A stretch of DNA of 64,000 bases, taken from an uncultured Acidobacteriota bacterium. Lineage in GTDB: Bacteria > Acidobacteriota > Vicinamibacteria > Fen-336. Each line of letters begins with the position of its first letter. Positions within the stretch are counted from its first letter, which is position 1. Location: contig OY970399.1 in assembly GCA_963720545.1 (NCBI GenBank), positions 224,001-288,000 of the forward strand, given 5' to 3'. The position numbers and the translations under genes were made by a program. The notes below the pieces were generated by a model. The model did no database searches. It was not told the DNA's origin and was given only the letters and a program-made list of their open reading frames with translations. Below are positions 1 to 11,874 of this stretch, in pieces.

Positions 1-3000
1 TCGCCTTCTGCGGCAGGAAAGTGACGAGGTACTCCTCCGGTTCGCGGTCCGCGGGATGGAAGGCCGGCGACCACACCGAGCCGTCGCGCACGTCGCGGAT
101 GAACATCGACAGCCCGGGCGTGTCGCGCGTCGGATCCTCGCGCGGCCGCGTCACCGCGATCCCCCGGCACGCTGAGGCGCCGCCGCCGGCGTTGGTGACG
201 ATCACGGTATAGGCGCCGTTCGAGAGGAAGTGCGCGTGTGGGTGAGCGGTGTGCGGCGAGCGGAAGCGTCGCGAGGAGAGGCTCGGCGCAGCGACCACAA
301 CGCGGGTCTCCTCGGCCGGCCGCGGGTTCTGCGTCGCGAGGCCGCGCGGCACCCGCTCCTGCAGCAGCAACTCGGTCGCCTGCACCCGCGGGTCGGCGTG
401 GAAGCGCCGCGTCATCGAGCAGGCGTCGAGGACGTTGGCGATGGCGCCAATGGTCATGCCCTGGTGGTGGGCGAGGTAGGCGCGCACCACCACCGCCTCT
501 GGACGGTTGCCGCCGGTGTGGGCGCCATCGGCGGCCGCCTCCAGCTCGGTCTTGCGCGGCGTGAAGTCGAGCGCCTCGTAGAAGCCGTACGGACCCTCAC
601 CGCCGAGCCGGGCGAGCCGCTCGAAGTTGGCGAGCGCGGCGGGCGCATCCACCTGCGCAGCCAGTGCCGTCGCATATGGCGCTATCACGAGTTCGTCGGC
701 GAGGCCGCGCTTCATGCCGAGCCCGGGGACACCGAAGGCCTTGTATTGATACTGGCCGAGCCGGTCGGTGACCGCGAACCCCGACTCGGACATGCCCCAG
801 GGCACGCCGCGCGCGACACCGTATCGCTCCTGATGTTTCACCGCCATGCGCGTGGCTCGATCCAGCAGGGTGCCCGGATAGGTCTTCATCAGCAGCATCG
901 GCATGAGGTACTCGAACATCGTGGCGCTCCACGACAACAGCACCGGCACGCCGTCGACGCTGGTCACCGGGCGGCCGAGCTGGAACCAGTGCGACTGCGG
1001 CACCTGCTCGTTGGCGATGGCGATGAAGCTGGCGAGCCGCGCTTCGGATGCGAGCAGGTCGTAGTACGAGGTGTCGAGCCGTCCGGACGCGCCGTGGTCG
1101 CCCAGCTGATAGCCGATGGAGAACAGCTTGCGGCCGCCGTCGTAGAGGAAGCCGAAGTCCATGTCCCGCGCCATGGCTTCGCAGCGCTCGGCCAGTGCCA
1201 CGAGCGCCGGGCGATCGGTCGGCAGCTGCGCGCGCCGCTCGACCAGATCCTGCGACTGCGCGAGCATGCGCGTCCAGTATTCGACTTCGGGGTCGAAGTT
1301 GCGGCGGTTGCGGGCGGCGTGGGCGCGCGCTACCTGCAGCAATTCCTCGGCGTCCTCAACTCCGCCCGCCAGCCGGTCGTTGGGGTCGGGGCGCTCCGCG
1401 ATCTCGAGCAGCCCCTGCGCGAGCGCCATCAGCACGCCCGCGAGGTTGCCGCTGTCCACGGTGGACACGTAGCGCGGCAAGAGCGGCGCCAGCGACGACG
1501 TCTCGTACCAGTTGAGCAGGTGGCCGCGGAAGTGCTCCATGCTGCCAAGCGTCGTCAGCGTGCGGCGCAGGCGTTCCTCGAGCGAGGCGGTGTCGAGATA
1601 GCCGAGGTCGTGAGCGGCGAGCGTCGCGAGCAGGCCCATCGCGATGTCGGTGGGCGAGGTGCGGCGCGCCACCATCCGGCCCGGCTCCTCCTGCAGGTTG
1701 TCGGGGGGCAGGAAATGGTCGGCCTCACCGACCAGTTCGTCGAAGTAGCGCCAGGTCTTGCGGGCGATCATGCGCCAGCGCGTGCGTTCGTCGGAGGTGA
1801 GCGCCCGTGGCTGCGGCGCGACCGCGCGTTGGCTGAGGAGGTAGGCGACGAGCGGCGCCACCAGCCAGAGCAGCAGGATCGGCGCTGCCGCCGCCGGGGC
1901 GCCGTGCCCGGCCGCGAGCACAAAGGGCACGAGCGCCAGCGCGATCGCGGGACTCGCGACCATCTCGACGGCAAAGGCGCGCAGCCCGGCGAGGCCCACC
2001 AGGTGGCGGGTACGGGCCTGGCTGGCGGCGGCCGTCTCCCATTCGAGCATCCGCCGGCGGGTCACCAGCACGCGCACCAGCGTCAGGCCGATCGCGTGCA
2101 GCATGGCCGCGGCCTGGTACGCGAGGAACGTCAAGGTGATCGCCCACTGCGCGAGCGCCGTGCCGATCTCCTCGACCAGGTAACGCGCCCACACCGTCGC
2201 GCGCTCGCCGCGGCGCGGCCGCAGCACCCCGGGGATCTTGAAGAACGCGGGGAAGGCGAGCACCGCGAGCAGCGCCGCGGTCCACATCCACGGCGCGCCC
2301 GGGAAGAAGGTCCAGGCGCCCGCCAGGAACGCGACGTAGCATGGCGGCACCAGGCTGCGGCGCAGGTTGTCGAAGATCTTGAAGCGGCTGATGGCCGGCA
2401 GGGTGTTGCGCTCGACGCCGCCGCGCACCGGCACGAACGGCGACAGCCAGCGCAGGATCTGCCAGTCGCCCCGCACCCAGCGGTGCTGGCGGCGCGCATG
2501 GGCCAGCACGCTCGCCGGGTAGTCGTCCACGAGTTCGACGTCGCTGACGAGCGCGGTGCGCGCGTACAGGCCCTCGAACAGGTCGTGGGAGAGGAGGGCG
2601 TTCTCCGGGACGCGGCCCTCGAGCGCAGCGTTGAAGGCATCGATCTCGATGAGGCCCTTGCCGGTGAAGATGCCCTCACCGAACAGGTCCTGGTAGGCGT
2701 CGGAGACGGCGGACGTGTATGGATCGACGCCGGTATGGCCCGCGTACAACCGGGCGAATATGGAGCCGGCCGCGCTCTCGAAGGTGACGCTGACGCGCGG
2801 CTGCAGGATGCCGTAGCCCTCGACCACGCGGCCCACGCCCGCCTCGAATGCGGGCCGGTTCAGCGGATGGTCGGCGATGCCGATGAGGGTGCGCGCGGCC
2901 TCGCGCGGCAGGCGCGTGTCGCGATCGAGCGTGATGAGGTAGCGGAAGTGCGGCAGCGTCTCGAACAGCCTGGCGTCGTGCTCGTAGCTGGTGTCGGTCG

Positions 3001-4804
3001 CGCCGCGCAGCAGCCGCGCAAACTCCTCGATCTTGCCGCGCTTGCGCTCCCAGCCCATCCAGATGCCTTCGCTCTCGCTGAAGCGCCGTTCGCGATGGAA
3101 GAACCAGAAGCGCTCGCCGCCGTTGCCGTTGTGCCGGGCGTTCAACTCGCGCACCGCATCGCGCGCGGCGCCGACGATTGCCGCATCTTCCGGCTCGCGC
3201 GGCCGGGTCGAGTCGCTGAAGTCGGCGAGCACCGCGAAATGAATGTTGGCATCCGAGTTGCCGAGCGCCTGCACTTCGAGGTGCTCGAACAGGGCCACCG
3301 CGGCGGCAACACTGTCGAGGATGGTCGGCACCACCACCAGCGTGCGCGCCGTGTCGGGCACGCCGCCGTCGAAACTGAAGCGCGGCAGCCGGCGCGGCGC
3401 GGCCAGCGCCGCCACCAGCCGCTGCACCAGCCCGACCGCGAGTTCCGACGCCGGCATCAGCGCCAGCAGGCAGGTCCAGACGACGGTGGCCTTGCCGGCG
3501 CCCGCGGCATCGGCGGCCGCGAACGCGGCCGCCACGCCCAGCAACGTCAGCAGCGTGATCGCGCCGAGGTAGGCGGTGGTCGCATTCCGGAACACCAGGC
3601 GCCGCAGCGCGGCACCGGGCTTCGGCGAGTGGCGCACCAGCTTCTCGAAGTCGGAGCGGCCGCGGCCGATGAGGTGATAGCCGACGTGGCTGGCGCGGGC
3701 ATCGCCCCCGGGCGCCGTTGCGGCGCCGCGCCCGAGCATCTCGCGCCCGGCGTCGACCGCCTGGCGCGCCACCGCCACCTGCTCGTCGCCGGAGCGGCCG
3801 GCGATCTCCTCGACCGCCGCGCGATAGCGGTCACGGCTCTCGAAGGTCATGCGCGAATAGGCGCCGGAGGGGTCGCCCTGCAGCACCTGCTCCACGAGGC
3901 TGACTCTCTCGATGAAAGCCGACCAGTTGAGCGTCGCGCAAAGCCGCAGGCTGGTGATGGTGTTGCCGATCGAGACCTGCACCGCGGCGTGCGTCTGCTG
4001 ATCGGCGCGCACCGCGTCCTCGGTGTTTTGCCCGGCGGCGGCGAAGCGCGCCTCGAGGCGGCTGCGAAACGCCGCGACCCTGGGGCCGTGCTCGCGCAGG
4101 CGCGCGAGCAGCTCGACGAGGAAGGCGGGCGAAAACACCTGCGGCAGTTCGGGAAGGGCGTCGGCATCGCCGCCGCTCTCGAGCGGCTCCATGTAGCGCG
4201 CGGCCGCGACGTGATCGGCGCGCGAGGCGAGCAGCACGTCGCAGATGCGCCGCAGATGCTCGATGAGCGCGGTTTTCACGACGCTCGGCCATGCCCAAAG
4301 TTCGCCCAGGCTCAGCGGCGCCACGCTCTGGAAGAGAGCCAGGAACCGTTCGAGGCGATAGGCGTCGATGCGCGCGTCGCTGTGCTCGACCACGTCGAGG
4401 GCGAGGGCGTAGATCCGCGCGCGCCCGGCGAACGGCACGGCGTCGCGGTCGCCGGCAACGATCGGCAGCTGCAGGTGATAGGCGGCGGGCAGGTCGCGGC
4501 GGATGCCGACGATCTCCGCCTCGACGAGGTGATAGTTGTCGAGCAGCCACTCGGCGGCGGGCGGAATCGCCTCGCGGCGCACGTCTTCGGAGAAGGTCAG
4601 GTAGGCGCGGCGCAGCACGCGGGCGTTTTCGTCGAGGCGCCGGCCGTGGGCGCGGACGCTGGCGCGCGACCGCGTCGCCGAGGTTGCCATTTCGAGCGCC
4701 AACTGGCGGCCGCGCTGCTCGAGGCGCTCGAGGTTGAGGAGCTCGCCGCGGGGCGGAAGCACTACGCCTGCTGGCGGCGGTGTCGGCGTGGAGGCGGCTT
4801 TCAT
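1..4804 (-). CDS. ndvB: Cyclic beta-1,2-glucan synthase (NdvB/ChvB/Cgs type; GT84 + glycoamylase-like + start of GH94 region); 3' part runs off the left window edge
   Basis: Absent from the ORF track because it is truncated. Minus-strand reading from ATG 4804 (AAAGGTAA upstream) gives MGWERKRGK, SHDLFEG, RWVRGDWQ, DLLASEARLASFIAIA, SWSATMFEYLMP, PWGMSES, QYKAFGVPGLG and LSNGAYTVIVTNAGGG, all typical of Cgs/NdvB. Frame checked at the left edge. Confidence 0.92.
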   Translation of the reverse strand, partial: MKAASTPTPPPAGVVLPPRGELLNLERLEQRGRQLALEMATSATRSRASVRAHGRRLDENARVLRRAYLTFSEDVRREAIPPAAEWLLDNYHLVEAEIVGIRRDLPAAYHLQLPIVAGDRDAVPFAGRARIYALALDVVEHSDARIDAYRLERFLALFQSVAPLSLGELWAWPSVVKTALIEHLRRICDVLLASRADHVAAARYMEPLESGGDADALPELPQVFSPAFLVELLARLREHGPRVAAFRSRLEARFAAAGQNTEDAVRADQQTHAAVQVSIGNTITSLRLCATLNWSAFIERVSLVEQVLQGDPSGAYSRMTFESRDRYRAAVEEIAGRSGDEQVAVARQAVDAGREMLGRGAATAPGGDARASHVGYHLIGRGRSDFEKLVRHSPKPGAALRRLVFRNATTAYLGAITLLTLLGVAAAFAAADAAGAGKATVVWTCLLALMPASELAVGLVQRLVAALAAPRRLPRFSFDGGVPDTARTLVVVPTILDSVAAAVALFEHLEVQALGNSDANIHFAVLADFSDSTRPREPEDAAIVGAARDAVRELNARHNGNGGERFWFFHRERRFSESEGIWMGWERKRGKIEEFARLLRGATDTSYEHDARLFETLPHFRYLITLDRDTRLPREAARTLIGIADHPLNRPAFEAGVGRVVEGYGILQPRVSVTFESAAGSIFARLYAGHTGVDPYTSAVSDAYQDLFGEGIFTGKGLIEIDAFNAALEGRVPENALLSHDLFEGLYARTALVSDVELVDDYPASVLAHARRQHRWVRGDWQILRWLSPFVPVRGGVERNTLPAISRFKIFDNLRRSLVPPCYVAFLAGAWTFFPGAPWMWTAALLAVLAFPAFFKIPGVLRPRRGERATVWARYLVEEIGTALAQWAITLTFLAYQAAAMLHAIGLTLVRVLVTRRRMLEWETAAASQARTRHLVGLAGLRAFAVEMVASPAIALALVPFVLAAGHGAPAAAAPILLLWLVAPLVAYLLSQRAVAPQPRALTSDERTRWRMIARKTWRYFDELVGEADHFLPPDNLQEEPGRMVARRTSPTDIAMGLLATLAAHDLGYLDTASLEERLRRTLTTLGSMEHFRGHLLNWYETSSLAPLLPRYVSTVDSGNLAGVLMALAQGLLEIAERPDPNDRLAGGVEDAEELLQVARAHAARNRRNFDPEVEYWTRMLAQSQDLVERRAQLPTDRPALVALAERCEAMARDMDFGFLYDGGRKLFSIGYQLGDHGASGRLDTSYYDLLASEARLASFIAIANEQVPQSHWFQLGRPVTSVDGVPVLLSWSATMFEYLMPMLLMKTYPGTLLDRATRMAVKHQERYGVARGVPWGMSESGFAVTDRLGQYQYKAFGVPGLGMKRGLADELVIAPYATALAAQVDAPAALANFERLARLGGEGPYGFYEALDFTPRKTELEAAADGAHTGGNRPEAVVVRAYLAHHQGMTIGAIANVLDACSMTRRFHADPRVQATELLLQERVPRGLATQNPRPAEETRVVVAAPSLSSRRFRSPHTAHPHAHFLSNGAYTVIVTNAGGGASACRGIAVTRPREDPTRDTPGLSMFIRDVRDGSVWSPAFHPADREPEEYLVTFLPQKA

Positions 4805-4908
4805 TTACCTTTCGGGCGTCTTTAGTTCATTCGCTGCGCACCTCGACGCCGGCCGCCTTGCAGCGATTTGCGTTTCATGACGTTGTCGCTATTTCTGGCA
4901 GCCGAAAA

Positions 4909-4924
4909 AGCAACGCTCGTGCCA
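4909..4924 (-). promoter_or_regulatory. Sigma54 (-24/-12) promoter for ndvB
   Basis: Minus strand reads TGGCACGAGCGTTGCT, an exact match to TGGCACG-N4-TTGCW, about 105 nt upstream of the ndvB ATG. Confidence 0.8.
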
Positions 4925-5030
4925 TCCGCGGCGGCCTGGAATGAGCGGCTTTGGCGCGTAGGGCGGCAGCGGCGCTCGCGCAATCTACAAAACTCATTAA
5001 ACCACGGATCAAAGGCCCGATGTCGCCTTT

Positions 5031-5047
5031 TCGGCACGCGGCTTGCT
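5031..5047 (+). promoter_or_regulatory. Sigma54 (-24/-12) promoter for the sod operon
   Basis: TCGGCACGCGGCTTGCT: GG-N10-GC spacing, one mismatch to consensus, just upstream of the GGAGGAG RBS and the sod ATG. Confidence 0.7.
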
Positions 5048-5070
5048 GCCCTCCACGGGGAGGAGAACCA

Positions 5071-5688
5071 ATGGCCACCTACGCACTGCCCGACCTCGAT
5101 TACGACTTCGGTGCGCTCGAGCCGCACATCTCGGGCCGGATCATGGAACTGCACCACGACCAGCATCACAAGACCTACGTCAAGAACGCGAACGACGCCC
5201 TCGACAAGCTCGAGGAAGCCCGCGGCGCGAACGACTTCAAGGGCATCGCGGCATTGCAGCGAGCTCTGGCGTTCAACGTTTCCGGCCATGTCCTGCACTC
5301 GCTCTTCTGGAAGAACCTCGTGCCCAAGGGCGGAGAAAAGCCGGCGGGGGAGCTGGCGGCGCTCATCGATCGCGACTTTGGGTCTTTCGTCGCCTTCAAG
5401 GCGCAACTGTCGGAAGTGGCGGCAACGCTCATGGGCTCGGGATGGGCGGCCCTTGTCTACGAACCGGTTTCGCAGCGGCTCATGACGACGCAGGTCTACG
5501 ACCACCAGTCGAACGTCAACCAGGGCAGCGCGCCGCTGATGGTGATCGACGCCTGGGAGCACGCGTACTACCTGCAGTACGAGAACCGCAAGGGCGAGTT
5601 CTTCAAGGCTGTGTGGTCGCTATGGAATTGGGATGACGTCGCTGCGCGGCTCACGGCCGCGCAGGCGCTGATTGTAGAAACGTCGTGA
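5071..5688 (+). CDS. sodA: Fe/Mn superoxide dismutase
   Basis: ATG 5071 after GGAGGAG; YALPDLDYDFGALEPHIS, ELHHDQHH, GSGW, DAWEHAYY. Confidence 0.96.
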   Translation: MATYALPDLDYDFGALEPHISGRIMELHHDQHHKTYVKNANDALDKLEEARGANDFKGIAALQRALAFNVSGHVLHSLFWKNLVPKGGEKPAGELAALIDRDFGSFVAFKAQLSEVAATLMGSGWAALVYEPVSQRLMTTQVYDHQSNVNQGSAPLMVIDAWEHAYYLQYENRKGEFFKAVWSLWNWDDVAARLTAAQALIVETS

Positions 5689-5702
5689 ACCGCGGAGGCG
5701 CG

Positions 5703-6467
5703 ATGAAGCCCGAACGCACGTCGGACAAAAAGAAGAAAAAAGATGACAAGGCGCCGCAGAACGCACCCTTGACCGAAGGCCTGAACACGTTCGATCGCGA
5801 TCGCGCCGGTTCGCTCGCCGACGAGGGCGGCGGCGCCGGCGCGACGATCGAGACGGAAGCGGAACTTCAGCAGGAGACAGAAGAGCAACGCGAAAGCGAC
5901 GAAAAGCCGCGCAAGCAGCCCGGCAAGGCCTCAGCCGCCCTTCTGGTTGCGGCGTTCCTGTCCTTGGCCGGCGCGGCCCACGCCGAAACGTACGCGACGC
6001 CCTTCGCGGCGCTCGCGTTCTCGGGCGACACCGACGACTCGAAGATCACCTGGGGCGGCGGGCTCACGTTCGCACCGCAAGGCGGCGGACTCGGCTTCAA
6101 CGTCGACTTCGCCAAGACGCCGGACTTCTTCGGCTCGAGCGGCGTCATCGACAACAGCGTCACCACACTCACCGGCAACCTGGTCTTGATCTCGTCGGGG
6201 CGCACCCGCTTCTACGCGGTTGGCGGTGGCGGCCTGCTGAAGACGCGCGTCAGCGGCGCCAACGGCCTGTTCGACATCGACAGCAACGACTTCGGCATCG
6301 ACGCCGGCGCCGGGCTGCTCGCGGGCGGCGACGGGCCGATCGGGCTGCAGGCAGACTTACGCTACTTCCGCGCGCTGCGCGATCCCGAGCCCGACGACGA
6401 ATTCGACGTCGATTTCGGAGAGCTCGATTACTGGCGCGCTTCGCTTGGCGTCTCGATCCGGTTCTGA
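5703..6467 (+). CDS. Outer-membrane beta-barrel protein (small OmpA/OmpW-like barrel) with a long hydrophilic N-terminal extension
   Basis: GGAGG RBS before ATG 5703; internal signal-peptide-like AALLVAAFLSLAGAAHA; alternating beta-strand pattern; C-terminal YWRASLGVSIRF beta-signal. Confidence 0.7.
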   Translation: MKPERTSDKKKKKDDKAPQNAPLTEGLNTFDRDRAGSLADEGGGAGATIETEAELQQETEEQRESDEKPRKQPGKASAALLVAAFLSLAGAAHAETYATPFAALAFSGDTDDSKITWGGGLTFAPQGGGLGFNVDFAKTPDFFGSSGVIDNSVTTLTGNLVLISSGRTRFYAVGGGGLLKTRVSGANGLFDIDSNDFGIDAGAGLLAGGDGPIGLQADLRYFRALRDPEPDDEFDVDFGELDYWRASLGVSIRF

Positions 6468-6519
6468 CTCTCAAGTAAGACGAATGCTCAGCGCAATCAA
6501 AATCCCAAGGAGGTTCGAA

Positions 6520-6744
6520 TTGGCGGCACGAAAGAAGTCCAGCAAGCGTTATGGAGAGAAGGCGGGCACCAAGGTGGAGCGCGCGATGCACGAAATGAAG
6601 CGCGGCAAGCTGCGCTCCGGCGGCTCTGGCAAGAAGGTCACGAGCCGCAAGCAGGCGATCGCAATCGGGCTCTCCGAGGCGCGCAAGGCCGGCGGCAAGG
6701 TACCCAAGGCGCCAAAGCGAAAGAGCCGTAAGAGCGGCAGCTGA
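6520..6744 (+). CDS. Small basic protein, DUF6496 family
   Basis: TTG after AAGGAGG; KVERAMHEMKRGKLRSGGSGKKVTSRKQAIAIGLSEARKAG. Confidence 0.8.
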   Translation: MAARKKSSKRYGEKAGTKVERAMHEMKRGKLRSGGSGKKVTSRKQAIAIGLSEARKAGGKVPKAPKRKSRKSGS

Positions 6745-6760
6745 CGCTGCGGCGGGCTTC

Positions 6761-9373
<2,613 letters not shown>

Positions 9374-9402
9374 CGCATCGGCCGCGGCGCCCTCCTGCAG
9401 CC

Positions 9403-10419
9403 TCAGCCGAAGAAGACTTCGGCTTCGGCGAACTGCACGAGGTCCAGGACCTTGTGTCCGGAGGTCGCCTCGGCCAGCGGCACGCCGACGATGTTCGGGC
9501 CCTGCAGGGCGACCATCTCGCCGAAGCGGCCGGCCAGCACGAACTCGACGGCGTGCAGGCCGAAGCGCGTCGCCAGGATGCGGTCGAAGGCGGTCGGCGA
9601 ACCGCCCCTCTGGATGTGCCCCAGCACCGTCACGCGCGTCTCGACGTGCAGGCGCGCCTCGATCTCGCGGGCGACGCGGTAGGCGATCCCCGAGTCGCGG
9701 CCTTCGCCCACGTGGTCGGGCCGCTCTTCACCGGCGGGGAAGGCGCCCTCGGCAACCACCACCACGGAAAAAGAGCGCCCGCGCTGCTTGCGCGCCTGCA
9801 GCACCTGGCACATGTCCTCGAAGCGGAACGGCTTCTCGGGAACCAGGATGTAGTCGGCGCCGCCGGCGAGGCCGCCGTACGCAGCGATCCAGCCGACGCG
9901 GCGGCCCATGACCTCGACCACCATCACGCGGTGGTGGCTCTCGGCGGTCGTGTGCAGCCGGTCCACCGCGTCGCGCACGATGTTGACCGCGGTGTCGAAA
10001 CCAAACGTGTAGTCGGTGCCCTTCAGGTCGTTGTCGATCGTCTTCGGCACGCCGACCACCGGCACGCCGCGCTCGTGCAGGTCGCGCGCCGCCGACAGCG
10101 TGCCGTCGCCGCCCACCACGATCAGCGCCTCGATGCCGAAGCGCTGGATGTTGGCCAGGACCACCTGCAGGTCTTCGACGTTGCTCACCGGGTTGACCCG
10201 CGACGTGCCGAGGATGGTGCCGCCCTTCGGCAGGATGCCGCTCACCGAAAATGCCGTGAGCGGCTCCACTTCTCCCTTCACCAGGCCGAGGAAACCGTTG
10301 CGGATCCCGAGCACCTGGATCCTCTCCGGCAGGGTGCGCCTCACGACAGCCCGGATCACGGCGTTGAGGCCGGGGCAATCGCCGCCTCCGGTCAGGATTC
10401 CGATCCTGGAGATGCTCAT
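9403..10419 (-). CDS. pfkA: 6-phosphofructokinase
   Basis: ILTGGGDCPGLN, GGTILGTSR, GGDGT, PKTIDND, EVMGR, LGHIQRGG; start re-called to ATG 10419. Confidence 0.95.
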   Translation of the reverse strand: MSISRIGILTGGGDCPGLNAVIRAVVRRTLPERIQVLGIRNGFLGLVKGEVEPLTAFSVSGILPKGGTILGTSRVNPVSNVEDLQVVLANIQRFGIEALIVVGGDGTLSAARDLHERGVPVVGVPKTIDNDLKGTDYTFGFDTAVNIVRDAVDRLHTTAESHHRVMVVEVMGRRVGWIAAYGGLAGGADYILVPEKPFRFEDMCQVLQARKQRGRSFSVVVVAEGAFPAGEERPDHVGEGRDSGIAYRVAREIEARLHVETRVTVLGHIQRGGSPTAFDRILATRFGLHAVEFVLAGRFGEMVALQGPNIVGVPLAEATSGHKVLDLVQFAEAEVFFG

Positions 10420-10453
10420 CGCGAAAAGAATTATAAGCTGCATGCCACGGGCC

Positions 10454-11113
10454 ATGCGGACGGTACTGGCGGTAGACACGAGCAGCGAACATGGCAGCGC
10501 CGCGCTGCACACCGCCGCAGGTGCCGGTTTTGCCGATGAATGGACCGGCACCAACAGCCATTCGACGCGGCTCGTCACGCGTATCGAAGCCCTGCTGGCG
10601 CAGGCCGGCATCGGCATCGCCGGCATCGAGCTGCTCGCCGGCTGTGTCGGCCCCGGCAGCTACACCGGCCTGCGCGTCGGCCTCTCGGCGGTCACGGGAT
10701 TGTCGATCGTTGCGACCATTCCCGCGCTTGGCATTTCCTGCCTGCAGGCGATCGCCTGGTCGGTGGCGCCGGCTGCCGGGCCGATCCTCGCGGTGCGCAA
10801 CGGCTTCCGGCGCGACCTCTTCCACCAGCTCTTCGACGCCGCCGGCGAGCCGCTCGGCCCGCCGGGCTTGCTGCCGCTCGATGCCCTGGGAACGCTGCTG
10901 CTGCCGGCCGATGCCACGATTGCCGGCGACTGCGGCGAGGAAGCCGGCGAGCGGCTGCGCGAGGCGTTCCCGGTGACGCCGCTCGACTCGCGGGTGCGGG
11001 CCCTGGCCCCGGCGATGGCCGAACGCGCGGGCGCGCGCCCGTTCATGGAGATGGCGCCGCTCACTCCGCTCTACATTCGCCCGGTGGACATCGGCGTGCC
11101 GCGGCCGCGCTAA
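10454..11113 (+). CDS. tsaB: tRNA threonylcarbamoyladenosine biosynthesis protein TsaB
   Basis: LAVDTS, GPGSYTGLRVG, C-terminal PLYIRP; precedes rimI. Confidence 0.9.
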   Translation: MRTVLAVDTSSEHGSAALHTAAGAGFADEWTGTNSHSTRLVTRIEALLAQAGIGIAGIELLAGCVGPGSYTGLRVGLSAVTGLSIVATIPALGISCLQAIAWSVAPAAGPILAVRNGFRRDLFHQLFDAAGEPLGPPGLLPLDALGTLLLPADATIAGDCGEEAGERLREAFPVTPLDSRVRALAPAMAERAGARPFMEMAPLTPLYIRPVDIGVPRPR

Positions 11114-11118
11114 GGCCC

Positions 11119-11556
11119 TTGGAGGTCGCTGCCGCAGCGGCGCGCGACGTCCCGCGCCTTTGCGAACTCGCGGCGCTGGCGTTCGCGGATCCATGGCAGG
11201 AGCAGGACTTCCGCGATGCCTTGCAGGATACGCCGCGCACGCTGGTGCTCGTGGCGCGGCAGGCCGGGCACGACGCCGCCGGATACGTCGTGTGTCGCGT
11301 GGCGGCCGACGAGATGGAGATCCTCGACCTTGCCGTGGCGGCGGAGCGGCGCCGCTCGGGCATCGGACGCGCGCTGGTGGCGGCGGCGATGCGCGCGGCG
11401 GAAGGGGCTTCGGTGCGCTCGATCTACCTCGAAGTGCGCGAAAGCAACGCGGCGGCGCGCGCCCTTTACACAGGCGCCGGGTTCACCGTGCACTCACGCC
11501 GGCGAGGCTATTACAGCAATCCGAGCGAGGACGCCTTAGTTTTGAAACATCCTTGA
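11119..11556 (+). CDS. rimI: Ribosomal protein S18 alanine N-acetyltransferase (GNAT)
   Basis: DPW, ILDLAV..RRRSGIG, LEVRESNAAARALY, RRGYY..EDA; TTG start assumed. Confidence 0.88.
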   Translation: MEVAAAAARDVPRLCELAALAFADPWQEQDFRDALQDTPRTLVLVARQAGHDAAGYVVCRVAADEMEILDLAVAAERRRSGIGRALVAAAMRAAEGASVRSIYLEVRESNAAARALYTGAGFTVHSRRRGYYSNPSEDALVLKHP

Positions 11557-11581
11557 AATCGCTTCGTCACGGTGCTACTTT
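11553..11581 (+). promoter_or_regulatory. Sigma70-type promoter for the DUF465 gene
   Basis: TTGAAA-17 nt-TACTTT, followed by AAGGAGG RBS. Confidence 0.55.
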
Positions 11582-11607
11582 GCAGGCAATCGACTAAGGA
11601 GGTAGCC

Positions 11608-11820
11608 ATGGCTGAGGTCGGGTCCCAGGGCGAGGTCGAGCAAGACGAGTATCACCGACTGGTCCGGGAGCATCACAGCTACGAAGACCGCTTGCAGACG
11701 CTGAGCAGCAAGCCGGCGCTCACCGAAGACGAAGAAGTGGAAGAGCGGCTCCTGAAGAAGAAGAAGCTCCACATCAAGGACCGGCTCGAATCCATGGGCC
11801 GCGTGCTGCACGGCCACTGA
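11608..11820 (+). CDS. DUF465/YdcH family small coiled-coil protein
   Basis: AAGGAGG RBS; EYHRLVREHHSYEDRL...LKKKKLHIKDRL. Confidence 0.85.
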   Translation: MAEVGSQGEVEQDEYHRLVREHHSYEDRLQTLSSKPALTEDEEVEERLLKKKKLHIKDRLESMGRVLHGH

Positions 11821-11874
11821 CCGCAAAAAAGAGGTTCCCGGGCCCCGCCAGGCAGTTGGTTTAAGCTGCCTGCG

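Noticed and set aside
230..4825. 1531-aa plus-strand ORF
   Set aside because: Antisense shadow of the minus-strand ndvB; Arg/Gly/His-rich with no motifs, typical of high-GC DNA.
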